Source: Nitrospirota bacterium (GTDB lineage Bacteria; Nitrospirota; Nitrospiria; Nitrospirales; Nitrospiraceae). Taken from it: a stretch of DNA of 64,000 nt. Below are positions 10,426-21,464 of the stretch, piece after piece (position 1 is the stretch's first letter; each line of letters starts with the position of its first letter). The notes beneath the pieces were generated by a model. That model had not been told where the DNA came from and searched no databases. It saw only the letters and a list, made by a program, of their open reading frames with translations. The stretch covers positions 320,001 to 384,000 of the forward strand of contig CAVPBK010000006.1 in the NCBI GenBank assembly GCA_963701855.1, in the 5' to 3' direction. Both the position numbers and the translations under genes were made by a program.

Positions 10426-10493
10426 CACGCCATCCTTTCTGTGGGCACTCGCGCGCAGAGCGCGGCCCATCGGTGAATAAAATAAAACTGCAC

Positions 10494-10909
10494 TCAACTA
10501 GCCCTAGCCAGTATCTGCCCGGGCCGTTTCAACCAGGACCAGGAACCCAGAACGATCAACCCGTTTCCAAAGAGGAGCTCGCCCGGCGGCAAGGGGCACC
10601 GCGACAGTTTCTCCAATTTGGGGCCAAATGATGCTGGAGCTTTGGCTGAATGGAAGCTGACCCAAACTGCTCACTTTGAAAAAAATGATGAGGCAGGCGA
10701 TATGACGCGTCCCCTGCGAGAAGATAAGCAGGAATAAGGGAAAGGGTCGTGCGGGACGATGATAACCGGCCCCGGAAATCCACTTCGCCTCCTGTGAACT
10801 CTAATTGCAGTACATTGGACGGCGTGACGAGCACTGTATAAGCGGGCATCTGCCAGAAGAGGTCGAGCAGCGCGAGCATGAACAAGGCAACTTGTCGCAT
10901 TGCTTTCAT
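10494..10909 (-). pseudogene. Decayed paralogue of the adjacent CTERM protein
   Basis: N-terminal LQLEFTGG resembles TQVEFTSG; frameshifted tail AVPLAAG/LLFGNGLIVLGSWSWLKRPGQ; about 160-bp diverged DNA repeat of 9730-9893. Confidence 0.7.
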
Positions 10910-11404
10910 ATACTTGTTCCGTTCTGTAACGGAGAGAAGAGAATTGTAATCCCCGCAAAATATTGATACAAGCCGTGCATAACAAATGTGTAACAATCAC
11001 GTTTGCTATTTATTAAATTTTCATCAAGATTTTTCTCCATTCATGGCGAACACCATCAAGCCCCCTCTCGCCCTGATTCATCCAGAAAGTGGAGCACCCT
11101 ATCCCTGGGTGGTGTGTCCGAGATACTTACCAGGTATTGGGGGTAGAGAGTGCGTGAGGCGTGAAACGTTGTTCGTTAATCGTGAGCGAGACAAGCAAGA
11201 CCTCAGCGACGGGTGAGACGGACGACGTTGCGAGGTCCAAAGATCGAGGTTTTTGGAACTTCGAACTTCAATTTGTGTTTTTCTTGCACGTCTCGCGCTT
11301 CACGCGCCACGGCCTGTAGCGCTGGCGGACTTATTCAGTACCCTGCTAGAGCGGGTAGCACTGAGAAGCGGGGCGGGAGCAGGAACGGCTCGCATGTCTG
11401 AAGT

Positions 11405-11455
11405 CAAAATAAAGACGCCTTATCTGATGCAGGATCGCTGCATTAGATAAGGCGG
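11405..11455 (-). terminator. Intrinsic terminator of the CTERM operon
   Basis: Long stem CGCCTTATCT(a)ATGC...GCAT(c)AGATAAGGCG followed by TCTTTTATTTT on the minus strand. Confidence 0.7.
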
Positions 11456-11483
11456 AAAGGCCGATCAAGCCTTGAAGCAGAAC

Positions 11484-12185
11484 TTAGGCGAGGCTGAGTT
11501 TCTTCCGCAAGGCCCCGGAGAGGCCGAGGAGCCCGCTACCGAATAGCAACGCGGCTGCCGGCAAGGGCACCACCGCATTCACGACGTTACCGCTAAATAC
11601 ACTGGTGCTGGTAAACGGACTGCCCGCTCCGTTATCCGGTGCCGCGAAGAGGAGCGTAAGGGCGCCTTGAAACGACGTCCCCGGCGTCAGTCCGTAATAC
11701 GACAGAAGATCAGCGTTTTTTGTATCGTTGAATGATCCGAAAGTCACTTTGAACTGGGTTCCCAAATCCTGCACGAAGGCGTTGTTGAAATTGCCCGTCA
11801 GGAGTGTGGAGCCCAAGGGAATATCGGTGCCGCCCTGCAGTTGGACGCCACCGGTAATGGTGATGGCTCCACCTGATCCGAATGCCCACCACCCACCGTT
11901 CTGAGGGCCCGATCCAGTCAAGGTCCCCGAGTTGAAGTTCAGCGCACAGCTTATACAGAGCGCGCCCGCACCACCCGCATTGGCCGGCGTGGACAGGCCG
12001 ACCACATTATCCACTTCTATGTTGCTCCCGATCAACGCACCACCACTGCCGCCATAGGAGATCGTGCCGGAGGTGGGCGCGCTGATATTGAAAACGAGTT
12101 CGACCGCCATCGCAGCCGGGGCAACGAGAAGTCCCGTTACCCACAAGCCCACGGCCATGACTGCCACTACGATTCTTGTTTTCAT
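11484..12185 (-). CDS. VPLPA-CTERM sorting-domain surface protein
   Basis: Signal peptide; C-terminus VVPLPAAALLFGSGLLGLSGALRKK. Confidence 0.9.
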   Translation of the reverse strand: MKTRIVVAVMAVGLWVTGLLVAPAAMAVELVFNISAPTSGTISYGGSGGALIGSNIEVDNVVGLSTPANAGGAGALCISCALNFNSGTLTGSGPQNGGWWAFGSGGAITITGGVQLQGGTDIPLGSTLLTGNFNNAFVQDLGTQFKVTFGSFNDTKNADLLSYYGLTPGTSFQGALTLLFAAPDNGAGSPFTSTSVFSGNVVNAVVPLPAAALLFGSGLLGLSGALRKKLSLA

Positions 12186-12282
12186 ACTAATGTCCTTGGT
12201 CTGAAGAGTCTGCTACTACTCTCCGTAAAGGCTCAATCCACTCTTCTTCATTCTGAAATAATAGAATCTCTCGCTTCCTTGT

Positions 12283-12311
12283 GGCGCCGGAAGGGATTCC
12301 CTTCCGGCGCC
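12283..12311. other. Perfect 13-bp intra-operon hairpin
   Basis: GGCGCCGGAAGGG-ATT-CCCTTCCGGCGCC with no U-tract; probable mRNA stability/processing element. Confidence 0.55.
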
Positions 12312-12322
12312 CCTGTCTTGAC

Positions 12323-13609
12323 TTAGTGCGAGGAGGCTCCACTCTTGCAAACTGCGCTGATATTGGCCCCATTGTTGCTCGGGGTAAACCAGTTCAACGG
12401 TCCACGATCGTCGTTCTTGGCGACGAAGGTGTCGTTCTCCGACAACCAGTAATCCGGCAGGGGGTTCTCGTTACTCATATTCGTCTGTAAGGCAGCGATC
12501 AAGTTGTCCGTCCCGGCAGGCGCGAGGATGGGCGCCGCTTCTACCCCGGCATTGCGGGTGACGAAGTTCCAATCCGCCCAATAGATGTAGCGCCCGCAGC
12601 GAAGGTCGGTCAAACGACCCACTCCGGTCCCGATCCCGTTGCCCGGCCCCAGGTTGATCTCATGCCCGTTGATGGAGACTTGATAGGCGCCGCTGGGAAA
12701 GGTCACCGCAGTCACCGAATCGCTGTCGATGTAGCCGATCGAGTTCAGATGGGTATCAATACACGTCGCCATCCCGCTGGAGCTCCCGGCGTTGATGATC
12801 GTTGCAGACGCCGCGTTGGGAAAACTTCCACCCCAGAACTTCGGGTGCATGATGGTTTCATCCAAGGTGGCCAACGTGCCGGACCCGACGCTCCTGTGGC
12901 AGCTCACGATCGCCGCCGATCCCGCGCTCACGCTGTATCCCAGATCCGTCCAATTCGCCACGTTTCCGGACAGAATCTGCCGGATTTCCCAATCGGATAA
13001 CGTCTTCAAAGTGGCGCCATTGCCGTCCCGCACATTGGCACCCACGACAATCGCAAACGGCACAATGACCGTCGGTGTTGCCGTCAGATGACCGGAGGCC
13101 GGTGGCGTTATCGGAACATTGAATATCTTCTGGTGCAGAGAGGTGGCTTTCACGTCAGCCCCGCCCCAATGTACCGTCAGGCTTTGGGTCGGCGTGGCTG
13201 CGGGACAGGTCGAGACCTTGACGGTGACACCCGTGCCCTTGAAGTTCGGCGTGCTAGTGCCCGCCGGGCACGTTGCGGTGTTGAGATAGACCGCCGTCCC
13301 GATTGCGCCATTCGGCTGCGTGAGGTAGCCGTCCGCCGAGGCGGTCGCGCTATAACGGATAATGACCGGGGCTGTCGAAATGTTGCATTGCCATTCGGTC
13401 TTGTTGGGTGGAACTTCGGTACTTTGGAAATACAGGGGCGCGGGAGATGGATCGCAGAGAAGAGCCGGCGACAATCCGGCAAACTGCCGCCCAGCTGACG
13501 AGCCGGCTCCGTTGGCGACGAGGGTCGTCACAGCCTGAGCGCTTTCGGCCGCCAACGCCAGACCGGCCGCACCCACGAGGGCGACGGTCAATTTCGACAT
13601 GGTATGCAT
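12323..13609 (-). CDS. Secreted periplasmic-binding-protein-fold (PstS/DING-like) envelope protein
   Basis: Signal peptide; NGAGSSA, IRQILSGNVANW, CHRSVGSGT and IGY motifs echo phosphate-binding PBPs; several Cys. Confidence 0.65.
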   Translation of the reverse strand: MHTMSKLTVALVGAAGLALAAESAQAVTTLVANGAGSSAGRQFAGLSPALLCDPSPAPLYFQSTEVPPNKTEWQCNISTAPVIIRYSATASADGYLTQPNGAIGTAVYLNTATCPAGTSTPNFKGTGVTVKVSTCPAATPTQSLTVHWGGADVKATSLHQKIFNVPITPPASGHLTATPTVIVPFAIVVGANVRDGNGATLKTLSDWEIRQILSGNVANWTDLGYSVSAGSAAIVSCHRSVGSGTLATLDETIMHPKFWGGSFPNAASATIINAGSSSGMATCIDTHLNSIGYIDSDSVTAVTFPSGAYQVSINGHEINLGPGNGIGTGVGRLTDLRCGRYIYWADWNFVTRNAGVEAAPILAPAGTDNLIAALQTNMSNENPLPDYWLSENDTFVAKNDDRGPLNWFTPSNNGANISAVCKSGASSH

Positions 13610-13671
13610 AATATGGTCTCCTTCGAAGTGATAAATAATCGCACCTGTCTCATTGATTTCGATAATACGAA

Positions 13672-14424
13672 CTATGCCGCCTCAGGCCGTGCACCCGACA
13701 TCTTGCGACGGGCCAAGCCCACGAGTCCGATCACACCTGTCGCAAAGAGCACCACTGCGGCCGGAACCGGCACCGCGCTGACCACGAAGTGCCCGGTCTG
13801 CGAGCTCAGGGACGCTGTCCCAAGCTGGGCCAGCGTGCCACTGGCTCCGCCGACTTGGCGCCCCAGTAGATAGAGCGTGCTGTCGATGGTCGAAAACGCC
13901 GGCCTTGAGCTTGGCACTCCGCCACCGAGGCTACCAGAGCTAGCCGGATCCATATTCGTGGAGAAGGAATTGGCATCTGTTGCAGCAAGCAACTGCGAGC
14001 TACTAAGCCCTGCTGTTAACGTAAGCCAACCCGAGAGGCCGGTCTGGATAGTGCCTGCACTTACCCCGGTTTTGTTACCGCTAGTCCACGAAGACAGTTT
14101 GGTCCCGTCGCCAAAGAAGATCGAGTCGGTTGTCGTCTCCCCGGTATACCCCACGAGCGTATACTTGAGCGGGGTGCTGGTCGGTCCCGCACCACCCGGG
14201 CTGTTCGTGTTGATAATGGAGCTCAGATTGAGATCGACTCCGGTTGACAACAACGTGTTCATGTTGCCCAGGTCCTGATAGTACTCCGTGTTGTTGCCGT
14301 AGAGCACGAGCACGGCATCGCCAACGTTGAACAGCGCGGCGTGCGCCGCTGTCACAGGACCGGCGAGCGCCGCCGCTGCCACCGCCGCGATTGACAAACG
14401 TTTACCGATTGATAGACACTTCAT
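13672..14424 (-). CDS. VPLPA-CTERM-type surface protein (VPVPA)
   Basis: Signal peptide ending AHA; C-terminus SAVPVPAAVVLFATGVIGLVGLARRK; AGGAGG RBS. Confidence 0.9.
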   Translation of the reverse strand: MKCLSIGKRLSIAAVAAAALAGPVTAAHAALFNVGDAVLVLYGNNTEYYQDLGNMNTLLSTGVDLNLSSIINTNSPGGAGPTSTPLKYTLVGYTGETTTDSIFFGDGTKLSSWTSGNKTGVSAGTIQTGLSGWLTLTAGLSSSQLLAATDANSFSTNMDPASSGSLGGGVPSSRPAFSTIDSTLYLLGRQVGGASGTLAQLGTASLSSQTGHFVVSAVPVPAAVVLFATGVIGLVGLARRKMSGARPEAA

Positions 14425-14759
14425 GGCTAGCTCCTCCTGTTAAAAAATCCTGCTTCTCCCCGCCTGTCATTTCCTATTTACTACTGCCGCTCCCTAATCA
14501 CCTCCTCCTCGTTTTCTGCAGCCTGTTGAAAACATGAATCGGCGATTCTCACCGCCTTTTGTATGACAGTCCCCTGTTACAGTCTCCTCAACGGTCAGTT
14601 GGGAAGCGGTAAATCTTGAACGGTCAGTCCGACTGGTACAGAAGAGAGGCCCTAGGCCTCACGGGTTCTGTTCTAAAGCACATCGGTTACAGAAATGTTT
14701 GGGTTGTCTTACTTGAACGGAAACTGTGCGTTAAGAAGTGATGCCCCCTGCACGTCTGA

Positions 14760-14860
14760 GACAAGCCTGATCTGTCTGTCTATCTGGTTGATTTGGTTCA
14801 TCTGATCTCTCTGGTTCAACCAAATAACAAGACAAGCCAAACAAACCAAAGAACGGTCTT
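14760..14860. repeat. Low-complexity palindromic repeat element
   Basis: Begins GACAAGCCTG, like the element at 9227; TCTGGTT/AACCAAA arms. Confidence 0.55.
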
Positions 14861-14861
14861 C

Positions 14862-15500
14862 TTAGGTCGGAGGGAAGAACTTGACGGTTACGGTCCGGTC
14901 CATCCCTTCGGGGGGAGGCCGGACTTGGGCGAGCTTCGACAAGGCATCGAGCGCGGATTGGTCGAAGAGCAGACTTCCTGACGAATTGAGCAGACGGTAC
15001 TGCAATACGCGCCCTTGCTCGTCGAGCACCAGTTCGCACATCACCGCATATTCAAGATCGTCCGGCAGCGACGGCGGCTGCTGATACTTCGCCTGAATCG
15101 ACGCCGTGAGGATATCCTGGTACCCGGCGAATCGGCTCCGCGCCTTGCCGAAGGCAAATGGATTGGCATCGACCCCCGGGGGGCCAGGCGCATCCGACGC
15201 CTTCTGTGGTGGCGGCGCTTCGGCTTGTGGGGGCGGAGGGGGTGGCGCTTCCTGAGGTTTTGGCTCCGGTTTCGGCGGTTCCGGTTCGGGCTCCGGTTCC
15301 GGCTCTTTCTCAGGTGGAGGGGGAGGCTCTTCTTTCTTGAACGCGTTAAGCTTGTAAACTTTGATGAGGTTCTGCCCCCAATCGGTTTGCGACACCCAAT
15401 AGAGACCGGCACCGATCCCAAGATGGATCAACCCGACGATCAACAGTGTCGTGCCGAGCTTGCTCTTCTTTTCTTCAAAACCCTTGTAGCCGCCCATCAC
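14862..15500 (-). CDS. tonB: TonB/TolA-like energy transducer
   Basis: Single TM helix with His (GLIH), Pro/Glu-rich linker, C-terminal SSG...FDQSAL domain. Confidence 0.85.
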   Translation of the reverse strand: MMGGYKGFEEKKSKLGTTLLIVGLIHLGIGAGLYWVSQTDWGQNLIKVYKLNAFKKEEPPPPPEKEPEPEPEPEPPKPEPKPQEAPPPPPPQAEAPPPQKASDAPGPPGVDANPFAFGKARSRFAGYQDILTASIQAKYQQPPSLPDDLEYAVMCELVLDEQGRVLQYRLLNSSGSLLFDQSALDALSKLAQVRPPPEGMDRTVTVKFFPPT

Positions 15501-15514
15501 GCCAACTCGTCAGA

Positions 15515-15880
15515 CGTTAAACGTGAAACGTGAATCGTACGGGGTGACGGGTACGTGGTGAGTGGTGAGTGAAGAGCCCATATGGGAAGAGGGCCACATG
15601 AATTGTCGAATCCCAAGATGCCAGAACATAACCATGCGCCCTGTGCCTTTTCCACTTCCCACTTACGTCTCACGCTTCACGAACCACAAGCAGAATGCCT
15701 ACAACGTTCGCCAACAAGGCCCTTCCAATTCTCTCTACCTCTTCTTTAGGGGAGTGGCCAAAGCTGCCCTTTACTGCGCGCATCGAACGAGCACCGTCTT
15801 ATCGTGCGCGTTCTGCGAGCGAGAAGGGCACCTGGCCACCCTCCCCCTCTCTGCTGGTGGGCTTTTTCAGCATCCTGTTA
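15515..15880. repeat. Composite intergenic repeat: heptamer palindrome plus MITE-like element
   Basis: Terminus GCTGGTGGGCTTTTTCAGCATCCTGTTAG resembles GCTGGCGGACTTATTCAGTACCCTGCTAG at about 11321-11349. Confidence 0.5.
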
Positions 15881-16291
15881 GGGATCGATCGGTTTCGTGG
15901 CTATCGCCAAATCTTCGACCGGAATCCGCTGGAGAATGTCCAGCACCGCCACAACATGTTTGTACTCCACGCCGGAATCGCCGCGGAGCACGAGCGGCAG
16001 CTTGCCGCCCTTGGCAGCTTTCAAATCACGGATCAGTTTTTCCAGCTCGTTGAGCTTCACCCGTTCCTCGTCCATGTAGATGTCGCCACCCTTTTTCACC
16101 GAGATGGTCGGCGTGTTGCTTTCCATGTCGGTTTCGTGCGGCGTGGACTCCGGCAACTTGAGTTCGATCCCCTGCACCATCGCCGTCGTCGTGATGATAA
16201 AAATCACCAGCAGCACCCAGGCCAGGTCCAGCAACGGCGTAATGTTGATGTCCGACACCGCGCCATAACTCTTTCTCGAAAATCGTCTCAT
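15878..16291 (-). CDS. exbD: ExbD/TolR biopolymer transport protein
   Basis: INITPLLDLAWVLLVIF and LRGD motifs. Confidence 0.92.
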   Translation of the reverse strand: MRRFSRKSYGAVSDINITPLLDLAWVLLVIFIITTTAMVQGIELKLPESTPHETDMESNTPTISVKKGGDIYMDEERVKLNELEKLIRDLKAAKGGKLPLVLRGDSGVEYKHVVAVLDILQRIPVEDLAIATKPIDP

Positions 16292-16390
16292 CTTTTCACC
16301 TAGTCCTGAGTGCTGGGTGCTGAGTACCGAGTTGGAGAGATCTTGCCCTTCTCAGCACTCATCGCTCAGCACTCAGAACTTCCCCATGTT

Positions 16391-17173
16391 CTAGTGTCCT
16401 GTTGCCGCGCCAGAGGGTTCCGACTCTTGGCGGTGTCCACCCGGGCGGTAGTCCTCGATATCTTCCTGCGCGGACGCCGCCTCGTTCTTCTCGCGGAGAT
16501 ACTCCGTCATAAACACGGTTTCGAGATGGGCCGCGAAATTATCGAGTTCCATCGTGAGTGTTTTAGTCTTGGTCACCAAAAAGTTGTAACAAAAGAGCGA
16601 GGGGATCGCGACCATGAGGCCTGCGACCGTGGCAATGAGCGCCGACGCGACGCCGGGCGCCATGGTCGTGAGCGTGGCCTGCTGGGCCCGACCGATGCCG
16701 GCGAAGGTATCCATGACCCCCCAGACCGTCCCGAGTAATCCAATAAAGGGCCCACCGCTGATCGCCGTCGCCAGCACGATCATCCCGGACTCCAGACCTA
16801 CCGCGGCTTCACCGAGAACCCGCTCCAGCGCGATCCGGATGGCGCTCATGCCGTGATTCGGGACCTTGTCGGTCCCGTATTTTTCCTGTTGTACTTTCAA
16901 TTCCTCGCACCCTCCATAATAAAGCTCATACATGGGGGAGCCTTGGAGCTGCTTGATCGGTCCCTTGCTGAAGATGATCAGCGGGCTTTTCGCCTTCGAA
17001 TAGAGCCCGAGAAACGTCGCGTTCCGCTTCTTGGCCTTCGCCAGTTGGCGGAACTTGTTGATGATGACCGTCCAGCTGACCAGCGAAAACACCAGCAACA
17101 CCGCGATCGTGATCTTGCCTTCCAGCGTGGCGTGGTTGAGCGCAAACGCCACTCCACCAGAACTCATATCCAT
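16391..17173 (-). CDS. exbB: ExbB/TolQ/MotA proton channel
   Basis: PFIGLLGTVWG and APGVASALIATVAGL motifs. Confidence 0.92.
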   Translation of the reverse strand: MDMSSGGVAFALNHATLEGKITIAVLLVFSLVSWTVIINKFRQLAKAKKRNATFLGLYSKAKSPLIIFSKGPIKQLQGSPMYELYYGGCEELKVQQEKYGTDKVPNHGMSAIRIALERVLGEAAVGLESGMIVLATAISGGPFIGLLGTVWGVMDTFAGIGRAQQATLTTMAPGVASALIATVAGLMVAIPSLFCYNFLVTKTKTLTMELDNFAAHLETVFMTEYLREKNEAASAQEDIEDYRPGGHRQESEPSGAATGH

Positions 17174-17193
17174 TCGCGGGACTCCTTCCTTGA

Positions 17194-20100
17194 TTAACTG
17201 GCCGGCTTGACATCAACCTGAATGACGACCCCGCGCTTCACGCGGATTGATTTCGCCAGTTGGCTCTTGCCGTCTTTTTCATCATCATTCTTCGACGCCA
17301 CCTGTTTGGATTGCGCGTTCTGACTGGACACCTCGGCGGCGGTTTCCTGAACAGAATCAGAAGACTTAGCTGAGGTGCTGACCGCCGCCTGGGTGGAGGA
17401 GACCGAGGCGGTCGCCGAGCTTCCGGTCACCGGAGTGACCGGTGTCGCCACAGCCCCCGTTCCGGTTCCGGTAATGCTCAGGGGCGGACCGCTGACGCTT
17501 ACTGTGGCAGGAATGATGACGTTGCCGATGATTTGACCGCCTTGGTTGTCGACTTTCGGAGCAAATATTTGGACGGTTCGACCTTGGATGCCTGCGGAAG
17601 GGATGATGACGCTGCCCCGTTCAGCGACCAGATTCACATCACCCAATTTCAAGGAGTTGATGTACGGCTTGAGCACGGTCTCATTGAAGATCGGCTGACG
17701 CTGGGCCTGCAGTTTGTTCGCCTGCGCAAGAAGCGCCGCGGCCGTGGCTGTGCGGCCGAAAAATGTTTCTCTTGACGCCTCATTCTTCAAAGCCGTGATC
17801 TGCGGATCGTTGAACTGAATGAACTTGAGCGGCCTGGGATCGTCCGGATGGAAGGTCGAAATGCCGCTGCTCGGCGCGTTAACGTGAAGATCCGGAACCG
17901 TTTTTCCCGTGACTGGATCGTTAGGTTGCGCAATTGTGATATCGGTGGATTCATTTCTGGATCCACTGCCTGCGTTAATGTTGCCATTGGTTGAGGTGAG
18001 GTTGATATCGCCACCGTAAAAGGTTGAGATTCGCGACTTCTCAACGTTGATATCGCCGGTTGCAAGTACGTCGATATCGCCGCCGCCGAGCGTCGAAATC
18101 CCAAGCGGCGCTCCCCTAAGAGCAGGATTCGAGGAGACGTTGGTGCCGACGGTGACGATTCCCGGCAACGATTGCACCTTCGCCACTTGACTGGCCTGAG
18201 CCAACAACACGGTCCCATCTGGAGCCTATCAGCACGAACTTTCCATTGACCAGCACCGGATCGAATCCCGTCAGCGTTTTGCCTGCATCGAGCGGGACTT
18301 CCGCGCGAACAACTTGGTACGGCTGTCCATTTTTATCGAGGAGCAGCTTGCCCCCCTGCTCGGCGAAACTCAAATGAAGGGTGACGGGACTGACCGAGTC
18401 GGCGAGGGTTTGCGCTCCATCCAATATCACCGGATTGTTGTTGAATTGCAGGATCTGTCCGTTGACCGAGATCTCCGACTGACCATTCGCATCCTGTACC
18501 ACCGTGCCGGTCACCACCACCGGTTTGCCACTTGCACTGATCACGTTGCCGCTGCCGTCGAGAATGGGGGTGGAGCCGATGCCATGGATGGAGATCGGCG
18601 CACCGTTGTAGGTTGCGATCCGCGACGAATCCATCTTGATGGATCCCCCCACGGAAATATCGAGAAAGCCCCCTTGGTTCTTGGCCCCGTTCAGAACCGG
18701 CGAGGAGTGGAAGTTGATGCCTGTGCTCGTTGCGAGATCCATCAAATCCCCGACGGTCACCCTGCCGGTGCCGGTCCCGTTGAACGTCAGATCGCTCGCC
18801 GTAACTGAGTTCGTGCCTGTCGTCACACCCGCCGTTCTCATATTGAGATTATGGCCGGCAACCACTGTGGCCACGACCCCGGCCGGCACCCCGATTTTAG
18901 CAGTCGTGGCTACAATATCATTCGCGGCCTGGATGGTCACCTGCTTACTGAGCGGCACGCTCTCTAGATGAAACGTCAGGGTCTGAATGTTGCCGGACCG
19001 AGCCTCGATCAGGACGGGCGGGGGAACTGCGGGCTGAGAGATCACATTTGTGGTGCGCGCCGTCAAAAAAGACAACCTAAACTGCTTTGGAACGGGCATG
19101 TTATTGAACAGAGTCGGATCCTGCTCCAGCAATGTCACAGAGGGCACGGTCGTCGAAACCGTCTTCAAGGGAAGACCACTGTTGCCCGGGTTTACAATCC
19201 CGTTGACGCTCTGAAGCTTCGTCGTCCCGACAAACGGGGCCAAGGTTGGATCGGCAAGCGCGTCCGCAAGCTTCACCAGTTGCCAGTGGCCACCCGGCAC
19301 ATTCGGAAATCCGATAAAAATGTAACCATAGCTGGTGTCAATAATCTGGCTTGTTTGCTGGACGCCGATCAGATCCTTCCCGGCGGACAGCGTCAAGGCC
19401 CCGGTCGGTGAGGGCCATAGTTTGACATCGTGTTCGATGAAGATGCTGCCGGTTTTTGTCGTCGCGCTAAAGGACGCCGGATAGATCTGGGCGATATTGT
19501 TGGTAGCATTGCTGGTCTGATTGGTGATCGTCCGCGGATTGAGGAAAATGTCTCCTTGGGCATTGAGAACGGCGCTATTCGAAGGATCCACTGTCATTAT
19601 TAGATTAGAGCCGGGAGTCGCATCCACAACCCCCTTGTCAGCCAACCTGCCGAGGTATATGTTGCCGGTCTGCGCTGTGAGGTTGATCGTTCCCTTGCTG
19701 AACGTGATGTTGGCATATTCATCGGGGTCCGTGGGATTCACGCCCACGGTCGGACCACCGATGTTTCGTCCGGCTGTCACGTTCGCCGTCCCGTTCGTGA
19801 GAACAAATCCGGGTCCCGTCAACACACCACTCACGACGCCGCCCCTGACATCGTTGCCCGCAGTAATCGTGAGATCGCCGGGGCCATCTAAACGGATGCC
19901 CCCCAATACACCTGACCCAACGAGCCCCGTGGTGTCTGTCGCGCTCGGACTGACAACATCGAGTCCCGCCGTCAAGGTGATATCGCCGCCGGCTGCAGAC
20001 GTTCCTAAAACAGAGAGGTTGCCAAGACTATCGACCAGTTTGATATTTCCCTGCGGCGCCGTGAAAGTCAGGTTGCCGCCAAAGCCGGTTGTGACGAAGC

Positions 20101-21426
20101 GAGTTGTTGAAGAGCACGTCACCTGTCGTGGCCGTGCCGACATAGTCCCACCTGGTGTTCGAGTTGTTGTTGGTCAGCTGCGCATTGTTGAAGATCAAAT
20201 TGGCGCCGGCCAGGAAGGTCAGGGTGCCCGGCGTACCGGAGAGGGTCCATCCGGCGCCGAGATCATACTGCCCGGTCACAACGAGATCGCTTCCTGCCGG
20301 AGACTGAAAGGTGACGCTCGATGCGCCGCTGCCTTCGAAACTCGCGAAGTCGGCCGGCCCCACCGTTGAGACCGTCGGATCGATCAAGAAACGCCCGCCA
20401 TGGAAGCCGGCGAGCGTCCGGCCGAGGAATTGGCCGCCTAATCTTACTGCGGCGCCGCTCACTTCGGCAAATCCTCCGTTGCCTCCGTTCCTGCCTCCGG
20501 AGACGTCCACCACGGCGCCCTTCTGAAATGTGGCCGTGCCGTTCTTCAAGTCGGCGATGGCGCGGATCGTGCCTCCGTTCGAACTCCCTTCATCGTTTCC
20601 GCGCGCAAGCGTGCGGCTCCCGTCCTGCAGCGTGACGGCCTCGCTGGCGAGCAATTCGATTTTTCCATTTTGTTCGCGCACGCTGTCGGCCCGGATGAAG
20701 CCTGCTTGATTGACCACCCGGCCGGCCAAGGTGATATTGCCGCCGTCCGCAATTAAATCTTTGAGGTTCACGGCTTGTCCGAGGGGGTTGGAGAGTTCGG
20801 CCAGAAACCCTCGCCCGTCGGGCCGGTTCGACAGAAAGGCTGTCGCGCCGGCGGCCAAGACAATGTTTCCCCCTGGACTCGTAATCACCCCGCTGTTTTC
20901 GACGTTGGGCGCCAGCAAATACACGCCGTCGTGCGATCCTTGAATCGCGCCCATGTTCTTGACCGATTCCCTCGATGCCCGTTCCTTGGAACAGATAGTG
21001 GCCGGCGAGAAAATTGGCGCTCGACAGATTCAGCGACGACGCAATCAGCCCCCCGACGTTGACTTGCGCATTCGGACCGAACACGATCCCATTGCTGTTG
21101 AGGAGGATCACCGTTCCGTTGGCATGCAGCGACCCGAAAATCTGGCTGGGATTTTGATCGAAGATTCGATTGAGCGCAATCGCCTGGACATTCGGCTGAA
21201 TGAACTGCGTCACTTCGTTCGGCGCGATATTGAACTGCTGCCAGTTGATGATGGCCTGTTGAGAGGCCTGCGCGATCGTCACGTGCGAGGTGCCGAGGCC
21301 CGACACCGCCGCGTGGCCTCCCACCACGACTGGCCCGGTCGGATTGGCCAGGACGACTGGCACGACTACCAGTTGCGCGAGATATGCGAACAGAATCAGA
21401 CCGGCGGCAATCTGTTTGTGTCTCAT
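17194..21426 (-). pseudogene. TpsA filamentous haemagglutinin-like exoprotein with DUF3739-type C-terminus, split by three +1 frameshifts (about 1409 aa when rejoined)
   Basis: TPS domain NPTG...INWQQFNI...NPSQIFG...NSNGI; beta-helix repeats; C-terminal GISTLGGGDI...SRISTFYGGDI...INAGSG. Extra bases near 20967, 20098 and 18225. Confidence 0.85.
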
Positions 21427-21464
21427 GTTATTTTAATTCCATTCATTATTGCCATCCATCTTCG

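Noticed and set aside
17194..21426. CdiA-type contact-dependent toxin
   Set aside because: No VENN/pre-toxin motif, toxin tip or immunity gene; exbB follows directly.
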